Source: Psychromonadaceae bacterium
GTDB taxonomy: Bacteria; Pseudomonadota; Gammaproteobacteria; Enterobacterales; CBDFNC01
DNA length: 64,000 nt
Reading direction: 5' to 3'
Assembly (NCBI GenBank): GCA_965249895.1
Contig: CBDFNC010000001.1
Coordinates: 1,163,024-1,227,023, forward strand
The notes under the pieces are model-generated. The model was not told the origin of the DNA. It searched no databases and saw only the letters and a list, made by a program, of their open reading frames with translations. This document shows, in pieces, positions 36,740-46,088 of this stretch. Made by a program: the position numbers and the translations under genes. Position 1 is the stretch's first letter, and each line of letters opens with the position of its first letter.

Positions 36740-37116
36740 ACATGAATAGCTTTAAAAAAGTGATGATATTGACTTGGCTAGTTCTTTTTTCAGCAGTTGC
36801 CTTGGCGCAAGAAAAAGTTCGAATTCTCGACTTTTTAATGGATGAAGTCGAAATTTGCGACAAGAGTGAGGCTTGTCGAGATGTAGACAGGAGCAAATTA
36901 CCTGATCCAACCAAAGTTCCATTAGCGGTAAAACGATTCGATGAAGGGCAAGGAATGGTGATGTTTGAGCACAATGGGTTGGAGCACTGGATCCATCAGT
37001 CAGAAGTAAAATTAAATGTAACCGCTTTGTCTACTGTCATTTGCACCACTCAAGATGTATCACGAAAAAGCGATGCGCAAACGTTTGGTATACATGGTCT
37101 TGGTGAGGGGTGCTAA
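36736..37116 (+). CDS. small secreted hypothetical protein (126 aa)
   Basis: Signal peptide MNMNSFKKVMILTWLVLFSAVALAQE. Four-nt overlap with the CHASE2 gene stop. Confidence 0.5.
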   Translation: MNMNSFKKVMILTWLVLFSAVALAQEKVRILDFLMDEVEICDKSEACRDVDRSKLPDPTKVPLAVKRFDEGQGMVMFEHNGLEHWIHQSEVKLNVTALSTVICTTQDVSRKSDAQTFGIHGLGEGC

Positions 37117-38727
37117 GTGATGAAGTGGATAATAGTTGTTTTTATGATGTTGCTAGGCGGTTGCGCAACGAACGACTTGATGCCCCTGGTGGGTAGCACT
37201 TATGAATCAGTAGACGGGACCTATCTGAAGCAGCAAGTTTCAGGAGCTGGGCATAACCCTACCGGCAAAAAAAAGGAAGACAAAGGGGGATACAATTCAT
37301 TGCTAAACAGCCGGGCAGCGATTGACCAGGATCTCATTGATATTGACTACCTGGATAAATATCTCAACGGAATATTAGCTAAGCTTTTAGCCCAATGGCC
37401 TTTAGCTGTAGATCAGAAAGTACGCGTAATGGTAACTACTGAACGCAGCTTCAATGCGAGAGCGACCCTTAACGACATCGTATTATCTATGGGGATCCTT
37501 GGTGATGTGGAGTCGGAAGATGAATTAGCCTTTGTTATCGCTCATGAGTTGTCCCATATACTGCTTAGACACCAAGATACAAATGACTACTTTGCAAAAC
37601 AAAGTGTGCTTGTGAGTAAAGCTGCAAATGCCGCTATGTTAACCGCCGCTGTCGATGATTTAGGGGTGCAGCGAAACGGGGAAAAATTTCAGCTAATTGA
37701 CAAAGATGAAGCATCAACTCAAGGGAAAATGGAGGATGCGTATCGAGCAAGTTTAGCGGTGAATCGACTGAGCCGAGATGTGATTAATTCTGCCATGGCC
37801 CGCCGGGATGAGAATGAAGCCGATTTGTTGGGGGTGGATCTAATGGTAAAGGCGGGTTACAGCGCGTTTGGTTATGCCAAGGTACTGGAAAGGTTAGAAA
37901 GTAGCCAAGTCTTCACCAAGCAACAGTTAAAACAGAAAAAGGCCGAATTCCAGGAGGTCGTTACTGTCTTGTCTAGCAAGAAGATCCCTCTGGAAGGAAA
38001 TAGCTTGAAAAGTGTCGTTTATCTTGCGGCGAATGAATCTGCCACACAAATGTTACAAAAGCTTTCGGAGCGCCATGGGTCTCCGGAAGATAGAAAGGGA
38101 GATTTGGCCCATTATGTTAAACGAGAGTACCGCAAGGAACGGAAAAGACAGGTAAAAACCAAGGAGTTGACTCAGAATCTGAGAACTGGAGCGGGGGCGT
38201 ACATGCTAGATAAATACTGGAAAGCTTCGGAGGCGTTGCGGGCAGTTGAACATGGCGCTATTAAACAAGCGGAAAAACTCGCTCGTGAAGCTGTATCTGG
38301 CCCGACTTCGGGGCATGCGTACCCGAGACTTGCTTTTTATTCTGTTCGTCGCGCCCAGGGAAATGAGAAAAAAGCGATTTCAAACCTCAATATGATTAAC
38401 CGCTGGGATATGGCTTCGGCGCAAACCTTTGCACTGGCCGCACAGGCTTACCGACGTTCAGGCATGTTGACTGAAGCCCTCGATGTACTCGGTAAGGCGG
38501 AGAGCGCCTTAGGTACAAAAGACCCCATATACTCAGAGCTGATAGCAGTATATAAGGCGAAAGGTGATGGTGTGAACATGGCTAGAACACTCACGGAATG
38601 TCGTAAAGTTAAAGAAACTAATATAGTTGCTCAATGCCATCAGGCTGCTGGGCAACCCATTCCACAAAAGAGTTTGATAGAAGGAAATAATTTGCTGAAG
38701 TATATTCCCGACTTTGTAAATTTATAG
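37117..38727 (+). CDS. M48 family zinc metallopeptidase lipoprotein with TPR-like C-terminal region
   Basis: Lipobox LLGGC, HExxH FVIAHELSHILLRH and a downstream E (NEADLLG). 536 aa. Confidence 0.8.
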   Translation: MMKWIIVVFMMLLGGCATNDLMPLVGSTYESVDGTYLKQQVSGAGHNPTGKKKEDKGGYNSLLNSRAAIDQDLIDIDYLDKYLNGILAKLLAQWPLAVDQKVRVMVTTERSFNARATLNDIVLSMGILGDVESEDELAFVIAHELSHILLRHQDTNDYFAKQSVLVSKAANAAMLTAAVDDLGVQRNGEKFQLIDKDEASTQGKMEDAYRASLAVNRLSRDVINSAMARRDENEADLLGVDLMVKAGYSAFGYAKVLERLESSQVFTKQQLKQKKAEFQEVVTVLSSKKIPLEGNSLKSVVYLAANESATQMLQKLSERHGSPEDRKGDLAHYVKREYRKERKRQVKTKELTQNLRTGAGAYMLDKYWKASEALRAVEHGAIKQAEKLAREAVSGPTSGHAYPRLAFYSVRRAQGNEKKAISNLNMINRWDMASAQTFALAAQAYRRSGMLTEALDVLGKAESALGTKDPIYSELIAVYKAKGDGVNMARTLTECRKVKETNIVAQCHQAAGQPIPQKSLIEGNNLLKYIPDFVNL

Positions 38728-38732
38728 CTAAG

Positions 38733-38763
38733 TGGAGCGGCCACCTTGCTAAGAGGTGGCCGC
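38733..38763. terminator. bidirectional stem-loop terminator
   Basis: gagcggccacct-tgctaag-aggtggccgctc between convergent genes. Confidence 0.65.
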
Positions 38764-38769
38764 TCGATA

Positions 38770-39132
38770 TTAGAAGTCGTATACCTTCATTTTTAACAGG
38801 TATGGCTTCACTTCCTCTTTCACCAGGGCTTGATGTTGAGGGTGCTTAAGGAAAGCTTGCATGCTTTCCTGGCTGTCTATGGTGAAATTAATCCCGAGTG
38901 AGAAGCTGCCGTCCACCATAGGACGGTCACTTTTTATGGCTGCTCCTAACTTAATGCTTTCTATGCCGGGGATGTTTGCCAGGGCCAGTGTCTTTTCCTT
39001 GATTAGTTCGACCTGGCTTTGTGGTGTCCCTGGATTAAACCAAAGTAGTACTATATGAGTCACTGGATTGGCGAAACTTATACTGCTGACCAGTAGTAAA
39101 CTGACTGCCAAAAGAAACCTTAACTTTCCCAT
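38770..39132 (-). CDS. Dabb (stress-responsive A/B barrel) family protein, secreted
   Basis: Signal peptide MGKLRFLLAVSLLLVSSISFA. About 100-aa mature ferredoxin-like domain. Confidence 0.6.
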   Translation of the reverse strand: MGKLRFLLAVSLLLVSSISFANPVTHIVLLWFNPGTPQSQVELIKEKTLALANIPGIESIKLGAAIKSDRPMVDGSFSLGINFTIDSQESMQAFLKHPQHQALVKEEVKPYLLKMKVYDF

Positions 39133-39541
39133 GATTCTTTCCCTGTTTTTGTGAAAAACATTTATGTTACCTTTTTTGCAGGACTTTATATTGCTGTTTA
39201 TTTACGCACAATATAAAATCTCGCGCCAAGTTTCCCACCGAACCTAGCTAGTTTCCATCCTGAAACGCCGATTCTGTCATTCCCTCGCACGTGGTGGTCC
39301 GACATCTCGGAATCCAGCGGCCTGACAACTAGCTCGGTGCCCGTGTTAGGCCACTGGATTGCCAGGCAAGCTGACAATTACTGAGTTCGTTGTGATAGTG
39401 GTGACTAACTTTAAGCTTTCGTAAAACGACAAGCTTGGATGCTAAGAATATGACGGAAGAATAAATAGTTGAGTTTCAGGACGGGCACTAGCTAGTGCAA
39501 GCTTTCTGGCTTTCGAAGCCTCAGATAGGGTTGCGACCCTA

Positions 39542-40426
39542 GTGTCGGCTTGTGTCTCGTCCAAAAACAATTTCAGCGAGGTTTATGTTGTCGATTCAAG
39601 TTTTAAATTGCTGGGCAAGGTTCCTATTGCAAACTTACTGTTAGCAAAAAAAAGTCAGCATTTGGTTGAGCTTATGGATGAGGTGCTTATTTCATGTCCA
39701 GTGGATAAAGAGCCACAAGTTGCCGCCGACTTATTTGCCCTGCACAGACTTGATGATTTACCTCTGGTTGATGAGCATGAACGTTTGGTCGCCGTATTAA
39801 GCCATCTAGATGTGAGGGGTGAATACTCTTCGCGAAATAGGGGGAGTGAGGAGCAAGGGTACCTGCAGACTTCCGTTTGGCAACATTTTCATAATCGGGT
39901 TTACTGGCTTAGCGTTCTGAGCGTTTTAGGCTTGGTTTCCGGGGTTATTATAACCAGCTACCAGGATGTCCTGCAGGCCTTGATTATTTTAGCCATGTAT
40001 ATGCCTATGGTGGCTGATACTGGTGGCAATGCTGGCAGCCAGTCGGCCACAGTTATCATCCGTGGGTTGGCCCTGGGTGAAGTTAAGTGTCGGGACTGGA
40101 TAAGTGTCATCTGGAAAGAGCTGCGTATTTCTTCGGTGATCGCTTTGTTTATTGGTGGACTGGGGTTCGCTAAAGTTGCCTTTTTATCCCAGGGTGCAGA
40201 CATACCTTTGGCATTTGAAATCAGTACCATAGGTATGGTGATCGGTCTGGCGCTGGCCTTGCAGGTTGTCACTGCGACCATTATTGGCGCTATGTTACCA
40301 CTGGCGGTTCACCGTTGTAAGCTGGATCCCGCTGTGATTGCCAGTCCGGCGTTAACCACGCTGGTGGATATCACAGGAATGTTGATCTATTTCTTTGTCG
40401 CAACCCAAATGTTAGGAATTCAGTAA
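39542..40426 (+). CDS. mgtE: magnesium transporter MgtE (CBS + TM domains; N-terminal domain missing or start mis-called)
   Basis: TM-domain signature ILAMYMPMVADTGGNAGSQSATVIIRGLALGEV, preceded by a CBS pair. 294 aa, against about 450 for canonical MgtE. Confidence 0.75.
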   Translation: MSACVSSKNNFSEVYVVDSSFKLLGKVPIANLLLAKKSQHLVELMDEVLISCPVDKEPQVAADLFALHRLDDLPLVDEHERLVAVLSHLDVRGEYSSRNRGSEEQGYLQTSVWQHFHNRVYWLSVLSVLGLVSGVIITSYQDVLQALIILAMYMPMVADTGGNAGSQSATVIIRGLALGEVKCRDWISVIWKELRISSVIALFIGGLGFAKVAFLSQGADIPLAFEISTIGMVIGLALALQVVTATIIGAMLPLAVHRCKLDPAVIASPALTTLVDITGMLIYFFVATQMLGIQ

Positions 40427-40454
40427 CGATAGCTTATCTGGTTTAGTTATAAAA

Positions 40455-40476
40455 AAAACGGCCTTAAACCCGTTTT
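40455..40476. terminator. bidirectional terminator hairpin
   Basis: aaaacgg-ccttaaac-ccgtttt flanked by A and T runs. Confidence 0.6.
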
Positions 40477-40809
40477 ATGTATGGCATAAACCCTCTGCCG
40501 AACCGGTCGATATAGATAGGGAAGGCTGGTTTTGGAGGAAGTATGTACAGGCCAATTATGACTAAATTAGTTAGGCGTAGATTACATGATACCAATCGAC
40601 TGCTTATTGCATTCCTTTCCCTGCTCAGCTTGATTGTAGAGGGCTGGGCGGCAGACTTGTTCGTGATGTCTGCTGTTTTGATGTGGTTATGGTTACCTGA
40701 GTGTGAGGTTCTAATGCTAAAAGTGCGTCCGGTGTACGGCAGGTGGAGACAATATTTTAAAGCCTGATTTATTGACTGAACTGCCGGTGTAAGTACACCG
40801 GCATTTGAA

Positions 40810-41892
40810 TTAGTCCAAAAATTCGATACATACAGGATAGGAAAGGGATAGCTGGTGATGTTCATCTGACAACAGACCGGTATCTTTATCCCTTTTAAAG
40901 GTGACCAAGTTGTGGCTGTTTTGGTTAGCAACCAGCAAGAAGTTCTGGCAAGGACTGAGGGCAAAATTTCTGGGGAAGTCCCCCTTACAGCTCTGGTATT
41001 CCAGCTTACTCAATTTATATGTTTCCTGATCTATAGTACAAATCAGTATGCTGTTATGGCCACGATTGGAGGCGTAAAGGAAGCGTCCGTCTTTCGATAA
41101 ATGGATATCTGCTCCGTAACTTACCCCCTCATATTCATCTGGTAACATGGCCAGGGTTTGCAGCGGGTTTAACCAACCATTTTCACGGTTGTAATGAAAG
41201 ACTGTAATCGTGTTATCCAGCTCATTAACCAGGTAAAGGGCGGTGCCAGACGGGTGAAAACACATATGTCTTGGACCTGCGCCAGGTTGTAACTTGATGC
41301 CACCTTGCTCATGAGGCATAAGTTCCTGATGGGTCTCGTTTATCTGGTAAGTTTTTAATTCATCTATGCCTAAATCAGCACAGATAACGAATCGGCCATC
41401 GGGCGACACAATAGAGGAATGGGCGTGTGGGCCGGACTGACGTTCTTGATTGGCGCCTTGCCCTTCGTGCTGCTGAACACTGGTGACCTGCTCAAGCTGT
41501 CCGTCTGTAGTGATTGGGGCTAAGACCAGGCTACCACTGCCATAATTAGAAACCAGGGCACTGTTTTCGGATTTGGAAAGGCTAATGTGACAGGGAGCGG
41601 TTCCCTGAGACAAGACCTGGTTAATTAGCTCAGGCCGCTCCAAGCCATTTAACTTATAACATGCGATACCGCCACTGGGCTGGCCTTCCTTTTCTTCAAC
41701 TTCACTGACAGCCAGTAGCAGGTTTTTATCCTTGGCGACTTTTACGAAGCTTGGGTGAGGTAATTCAGGCATGGAGTGCAGCAGGGTGACGGTTCCTGAC
41801 AAGGCGTCTAACTCAGCCAGATGGAGTCCGCTGCGGGACTCATGGGTATAACAACCAATAAATAGGATCTCGACAGACACGGCATTTTCCAC
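40810..41892 (-). CDS. lactonase family protein (7-bladed beta-propeller; 6-phosphogluconolactonase/YbhE-like)
   Basis: 360 aa. Repeated beta-propeller motifs and an N-terminus ILFIGCYT typical of Pgl/YbhE. Confidence 0.75.
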   Translation of the reverse strand: MENAVSVEILFIGCYTHESRSGLHLAELDALSGTVTLLHSMPELPHPSFVKVAKDKNLLLAVSEVEEKEGQPSGGIACYKLNGLERPELINQVLSQGTAPCHISLSKSENSALVSNYGSGSLVLAPITTDGQLEQVTSVQQHEGQGANQERQSGPHAHSSIVSPDGRFVICADLGIDELKTYQINETHQELMPHEQGGIKLQPGAGPRHMCFHPSGTALYLVNELDNTITVFHYNRENGWLNPLQTLAMLPDEYEGVSYGADIHLSKDGRFLYASNRGHNSILICTIDQETYKLSKLEYQSCKGDFPRNFALSPCQNFLLVANQNSHNLVTFKRDKDTGLLSDEHHQLSLSYPVCIEFLD

Positions 41893-42153
41893 TTTTATTA
41901 AGATAAAACAATATAATAGCTATTGAATTGGAGTTTGAACAGCGACAAGGAATAATATCGGGCTACACTTTGAAGTGAGTTTTAATTTGGGGATAGAGAT
42001 GAAAAAACGTGCCCGGAATAAAGACAAGGAAGATAGCTTACAGGAAATACCTGTGGAGACGAAATCCACCGAGCTGGATGAGCAAAAGGAGAGCTTTAGC
42101 CACTATCTAAAACATATAGCAGCCAAACGGCTGACGCAAAAATAGCAATTTTA

Positions 42154-43797
42154 CTATTGTTGAAATTCGACTTGCTGCTTCGCCAACTTTTCTGTTTCTT
42201 GCTCCGGTGCTAATTCGGGCTGGGTTAATGGCAGCTGAACAATAAAGTTGGTGCCTTTTCCTACTTTACTCTCAACCTTAAGAACACCCTGGTGCTGGGT
42301 GATAATTGCGTGGCTGATAGACAATCCCAGACCCGTTCCTTTGCCCACCTCCTTGGTGGTGAAAAAGGGTTCGAATATTTTCTCTTTTTGCTCTTCCGGG
42401 ATCCCTGTTCCAGTATCATACACTTCGATTAACAGCTGCTGATCTTTCTGGTAGGCCTTGATGCCGATCACTTTTTCATCGCTGGCCTCGACCGCATCTT
42501 TGGCGTTGATAAGTAAATTGAGAAGTACTTGTTCTACTTGGATTTTATTACAGTAAATAAGTGGCAGTGCAGGGGCCATATTTTCCCTGATTTCAATATT
42601 CTTGGCGGAAAATTGCCGTTTTAAAAACAGTAGGCTGTCGGAGAGTAATTCCTGAGTTTGTACCAGAGACATTTCATCTTGGGCGGAATCTCGGCCGAAG
42701 GTTCTAAGTTGCTTGATAATACTTTGGGCCCTTTCCACCTGGTTAATAATATCGGCGAAGGATTTCACCAATCGGTTCTTTTTGCCCTGGGCAAGGTATT
42801 CAGGTCCCATCTCAGCATTCATGCTAATGACTTGTAATGGCTGATTGAGTTCGTGGGCTATTCCTGTTGCCATTTCACCCAATGACGCCAGTTTAGCTGA
42901 ATGGACCAACTGGCTGTGGGTATTAGCCAACTCTCGGTTTTTCTGGCTGAGTTCTTTGTTCTTTGCTTCCAGCTGTCGCTTTTTATTTTCCACCTGGCGA
43001 GAGAAGTAAAAGGAGAAAGACAACAAAAGAGAGATACACAAACCAAAGGTTAATACCAGGTTAGGCAGAAAACCTGTGCTGCTCTGAGTTGGGGTTGGCG
43101 CTGGCCAAACGTAGATCTGCCAGTTCAGGTTATAGAAAGGCAGTGAATGCTGAGATATATCGTCTGTAATCCTGAAGTTTTGCGGTACTTTCTGGAACAG
43201 GATTTGTCCACGTTCCATCAGAGAAATAGGGTTATCAAAATGGCCTTTCTGCAATACCAGTTCCAGCAGACTATCCAGGTTAAGGGTGCCGACAATAAAA
43301 CCGTCAAACTGATCATTAGGGTAAAGGGGAACGTATACCCGGAAGCCATCTGGCGAGGAGTGTTCGCTCTTGATAATAGTGACGGAGCGCTCGTCTCTAG
43401 CAGTATCTAACTGAGCGTTAAGGCTGGCTTCCTTGGTTAAGCGCTTGTCTTGGTTTTCCTCGCTACCCGGTTGGGTGACTTTCCATTGTGCCTGATAGCT
43501 TTTTGTTACCCACTCAATGCTTTGGTAGGTTTTTTCGAATTTAATATAGTTGCTTGCATCGTTATGCCAAGCCGAATAACTACTTCCCTGCGCATGATCC
43601 CAGCGATGCGCCATTTGGATGAGAGCTTCTACGTGCTGCTGGATTTGAGCTTTGATCTCCCGGGTTATTACTTCTCCCTGGCTGCTAACACTTTCGCGCC
43701 CTTTTGTTTGCTCTACTTCTGTGAGGTGCTGCCAGGCAAAGGCCGACAAGGTGCAGCCAAGTATAAGGATAAAGATCGAGAAGAGTCGGTTTTTCAA
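42154..43797 (-). CDS. sensor histidine kinase with periplasmic sensing domain
   Basis: Two TM helices, H-box GIAHELNQPLQ, and HATPase_c motifs (DTGTGIP, GKGTGLGLS). Confidence 0.85.
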   Translation of the reverse strand: MKNRLFSIFILILGCTLSAFAWQHLTEVEQTKGRESVSSQGEVITREIKAQIQQHVEALIQMAHRWDHAQGSSYSAWHNDASNYIKFEKTYQSIEWVTKSYQAQWKVTQPGSEENQDKRLTKEASLNAQLDTARDERSVTIIKSEHSSPDGFRVYVPLYPNDQFDGFIVGTLNLDSLLELVLQKGHFDNPISLMERGQILFQKVPQNFRITDDISQHSLPFYNLNWQIYVWPAPTPTQSSTGFLPNLVLTFGLCISLLLSFSFYFSRQVENKKRQLEAKNKELSQKNRELANTHSQLVHSAKLASLGEMATGIAHELNQPLQVISMNAEMGPEYLAQGKKNRLVKSFADIINQVERAQSIIKQLRTFGRDSAQDEMSLVQTQELLSDSLLFLKRQFSAKNIEIRENMAPALPLIYCNKIQVEQVLLNLLINAKDAVEASDEKVIGIKAYQKDQQLLIEVYDTGTGIPEEQKEKIFEPFFTTKEVGKGTGLGLSISHAIITQHQGVLKVESKVGKGTNFIVQLPLTQPELAPEQETEKLAKQQVEFQQ

Positions 43798-43938
43798 AAA
43801 TACTTCCTTGCCGTAAGTCAGAGCTCTATGATTGTAGCTAGCGCCAAGGGTAATGTAATCTAGCGAAATATTATATAACGCGATATACCCCCTCCACTTG
43901 GGTAAATTCGAGAACTAGCTCTCAGAAAGGAATTAAGT

Positions 43939-45177
43939 ATGTCAAAAAAGGGCTTCACTACTCAATTGGTTCATGCAGACCGCCTATCGGACGTAGAGTT
44001 CGGTGCTGTCCATGCCCCTATCCACAATTCTGTTCCATATGGTTACAACGATGTGAAGGATCTGGTGGATGTGTTCCAGGGTAAGCAGACGGGTCACGCT
44101 TATGCCAGACAATCGACACCGACTATTGACAGTTTGCAACACAAAATTTGCGCCATGGAGCAGGGGATAAGCTGCCTGGTGTTTGGCTCTGGTATGGCCG
44201 CCATAGTCGCTACCTTTCTGACTCTGCTAAAACAAGGGGATCATTTGATTTGTAGCCGTTACCTGTTTGGCAATACCAACAGCGTGATGGCCACCCTACA
44301 AGGCTATGGGGTTGAAGTTTCGCTGGTGGATGCGACGAATGCGAAAGAAGTTACAGCGGCCTATCAAGCGAACACCCAGATGGTATTCGTGGAAACCATA
44401 GCTAACCCTGTGACTCAGATCACCGATCTGGTGGCCATTGGTGAGTTCTGTCAGCAAAAAAAATTGGTTTATGTAGTCGACAATACCATGACATCTGCGT
44501 ATTTGTTTCAACCAAAGCGAGTTACTGCCAGCTTAGTCGTAACCTCTTTGTCAAAGTATTTTGGCGGGCATGGTAACGCATTGGGTGGTTCGGTGACGGA
44601 CACTGGGCTGTTTGACTGGCAGAGCTTTCCCAACATCTTTAGCGGTTATCGGCAAGGTGACCCTGCTATGTGGGGGATCAGCCAAATTAAGAAAAAAGGC
44701 TTGCGCGATATGGGGGGGTGCCTTAGTTCACAATCTGCGCACCTGCTTTCAGTTGGGGCTGATACCATGGCATTACGTATGGAACGGCAGTGTCAGACGG
44801 CGCAGATGTTGGCTGAATTTTTACAGCAGCATCCGAAAGTGGCGAAGGTTTATTACCCCGGGTTAAGCTGTCATCCTCAGTATGAAAGAGCACGATCTTT
44901 ATTTAAACATGCTGGTGCGTTACTCAGTTTCGATTTGCTTAATGGGTTGGATTGCTGTGATTTATTAAACAGGTTGGAACTGGTAATTAGCGCCACGCAT
45001 TTAGGGGATAATCGTACTTTGGCATTACCCGTAGCACCGACCATTTATTATGAAATGGGTTTGGAAACCAGACGAAAAATGGGGATCAGTGAAACTATGG
45101 TGCGTTGTTCCATAGGTATCGAGGATCCGCTGGACTTAGTCGCCGACTTCGAGCAGGCATTAGCTAAGCTGGTCTAG
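43939..45177 (+). CDS. Cys/Met-metabolism PLP-dependent enzyme (trans-sulfuration family; sulfhydrylase/gamma-lyase-like)
   Basis: Family-typical N-terminus TQLVHADRLSD...GAVHAPIHNSVPY. PLP lysine context SLSKYFGGHGN. Confidence 0.8.
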   Translation: MSKKGFTTQLVHADRLSDVEFGAVHAPIHNSVPYGYNDVKDLVDVFQGKQTGHAYARQSTPTIDSLQHKICAMEQGISCLVFGSGMAAIVATFLTLLKQGDHLICSRYLFGNTNSVMATLQGYGVEVSLVDATNAKEVTAAYQANTQMVFVETIANPVTQITDLVAIGEFCQQKKLVYVVDNTMTSAYLFQPKRVTASLVVTSLSKYFGGHGNALGGSVTDTGLFDWQSFPNIFSGYRQGDPAMWGISQIKKKGLRDMGGCLSSQSAHLLSVGADTMALRMERQCQTAQMLAEFLQQHPKVAKVYYPGLSCHPQYERARSLFKHAGALLSFDLLNGLDCCDLLNRLELVISATHLGDNRTLALPVAPTIYYEMGLETRRKMGISETMVRCSIGIEDPLDLVADFEQALAKLV

Positions 45178-45257
45178 TAAGTGCCATGAACCTAGATAAA
45201 GTAAGGGTAAGATTGACTTAAAACAAGACTAAACTATTTTTTGAAATTAGGCTGTCT

Positions 45258-45490
45258 GTATATACCCAAACTACTTGGAAATGCAGATTCAGAGCTCAGG
45301 CGGGATGTCAGAACAAGGCGCAGCGAGCAGGGAATGGCATTCCCTTTTCAAGCGCTGCAACGCAGTGCTGACTTTCTGGCTGAACTCCCTTCGGGCAAGG
45401 CGAGAAGCAACCCTCTTCGGCTTTATGCCTTGAACCCGATCACTTCTCGACTTGCTGATCCCCGCATTGCCAAGTAGCTTGGGTATACAC
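45258..45490. mobile_element. MITE-like non-autonomous element with 27-bp imperfect terminal inverted repeats
   Basis: Left TIR gtatatacccaaactacttggaaatgc (45258-45284). Right TIR gcattgccaagtagcttgggtatacac (45464-45490). 24 of 27 positions are complementary. No ORF inside. Confidence 0.45.
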
Positions 45491-45631
45491 TTCATTAACA
45501 TGGACGTTATTACTTGTGTGGTGTTTATGATGTTTAATCACAAACGTATCACCGTTGGTTTTATTGGAACCCATCAAATAACGGGAATAAGGGTAACAAT
45601 TGTGGCGGTCTTTGTGGAGGAGATGCAATCT

Positions 45632-45750
45632 GCGAAGCCTGTGCCCACAAGGTTCGCCGAACGCGCATCCATGCATTTCACATCTCATCCCTGAGATGGA
45701 TTCGGCTCCTACCGATCTATCGTGAGCTGTTACCCAAGTTTGACCGGTCC
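45632..45750. repeat. dispersed ~120-bp structured repeat, copy 2
   Basis: Matches 34894..35012, including the nested hairpins. Confidence 0.75.
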
Positions 45751-45911
45751 CAGGTAATAAACTAGTTCGTGAAAACAAAAAAAGAACCATCTCCATTGGC
45801 GCTAAAGTCATTCACCCGGATAAGGATATCACACAAGATCAGGTGTATATTTTGGCAGATAAAGCACTTTATCTGGCTAAAGAAAAACGTAACACCGTAA
45901 TCGCGGGCGAC
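45745..45911 (+). pseudogene. C-terminal remnant of a GGDEF-domain gene
   Basis: The frame reads ...RTISIGAKVIHPDKDITQDQVYILADKALYLAKEKRNTVIAGD*, the typical last ~45 aa of a diguanylate cyclase. The upstream part is replaced by repeat elements. Confidence 0.5.
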
Positions 45912-46088
45912 TAAAAATATTCTCAATAAACCATACTTAGGCATTGTGGTGATTGCTGGTCATCAAAGTAAAGTAGTTTTAAACTAATAGTTAAACAGTG
46001 CGCATAATCCATATACTAAATAAATAGTTAAAGCGGCTCACCAGTTGTATAGGTTGCCAAAAAATAGCTTGAGGAGAGAGGCGCAAAC

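Noticed and set aside
40464-40964. 166-aa minus-strand ORF
   Set aside because: It overlaps the lactonase gene's 3' end and a terminator, with no supporting motifs, so it is likely spurious.
45258-45490. Retron msr/msd ncRNA (a1/a2 inverted repeats)
   Set aside because: No reverse-transcriptase gene lies anywhere nearby. A MITE-like interpretation is the more economical one.
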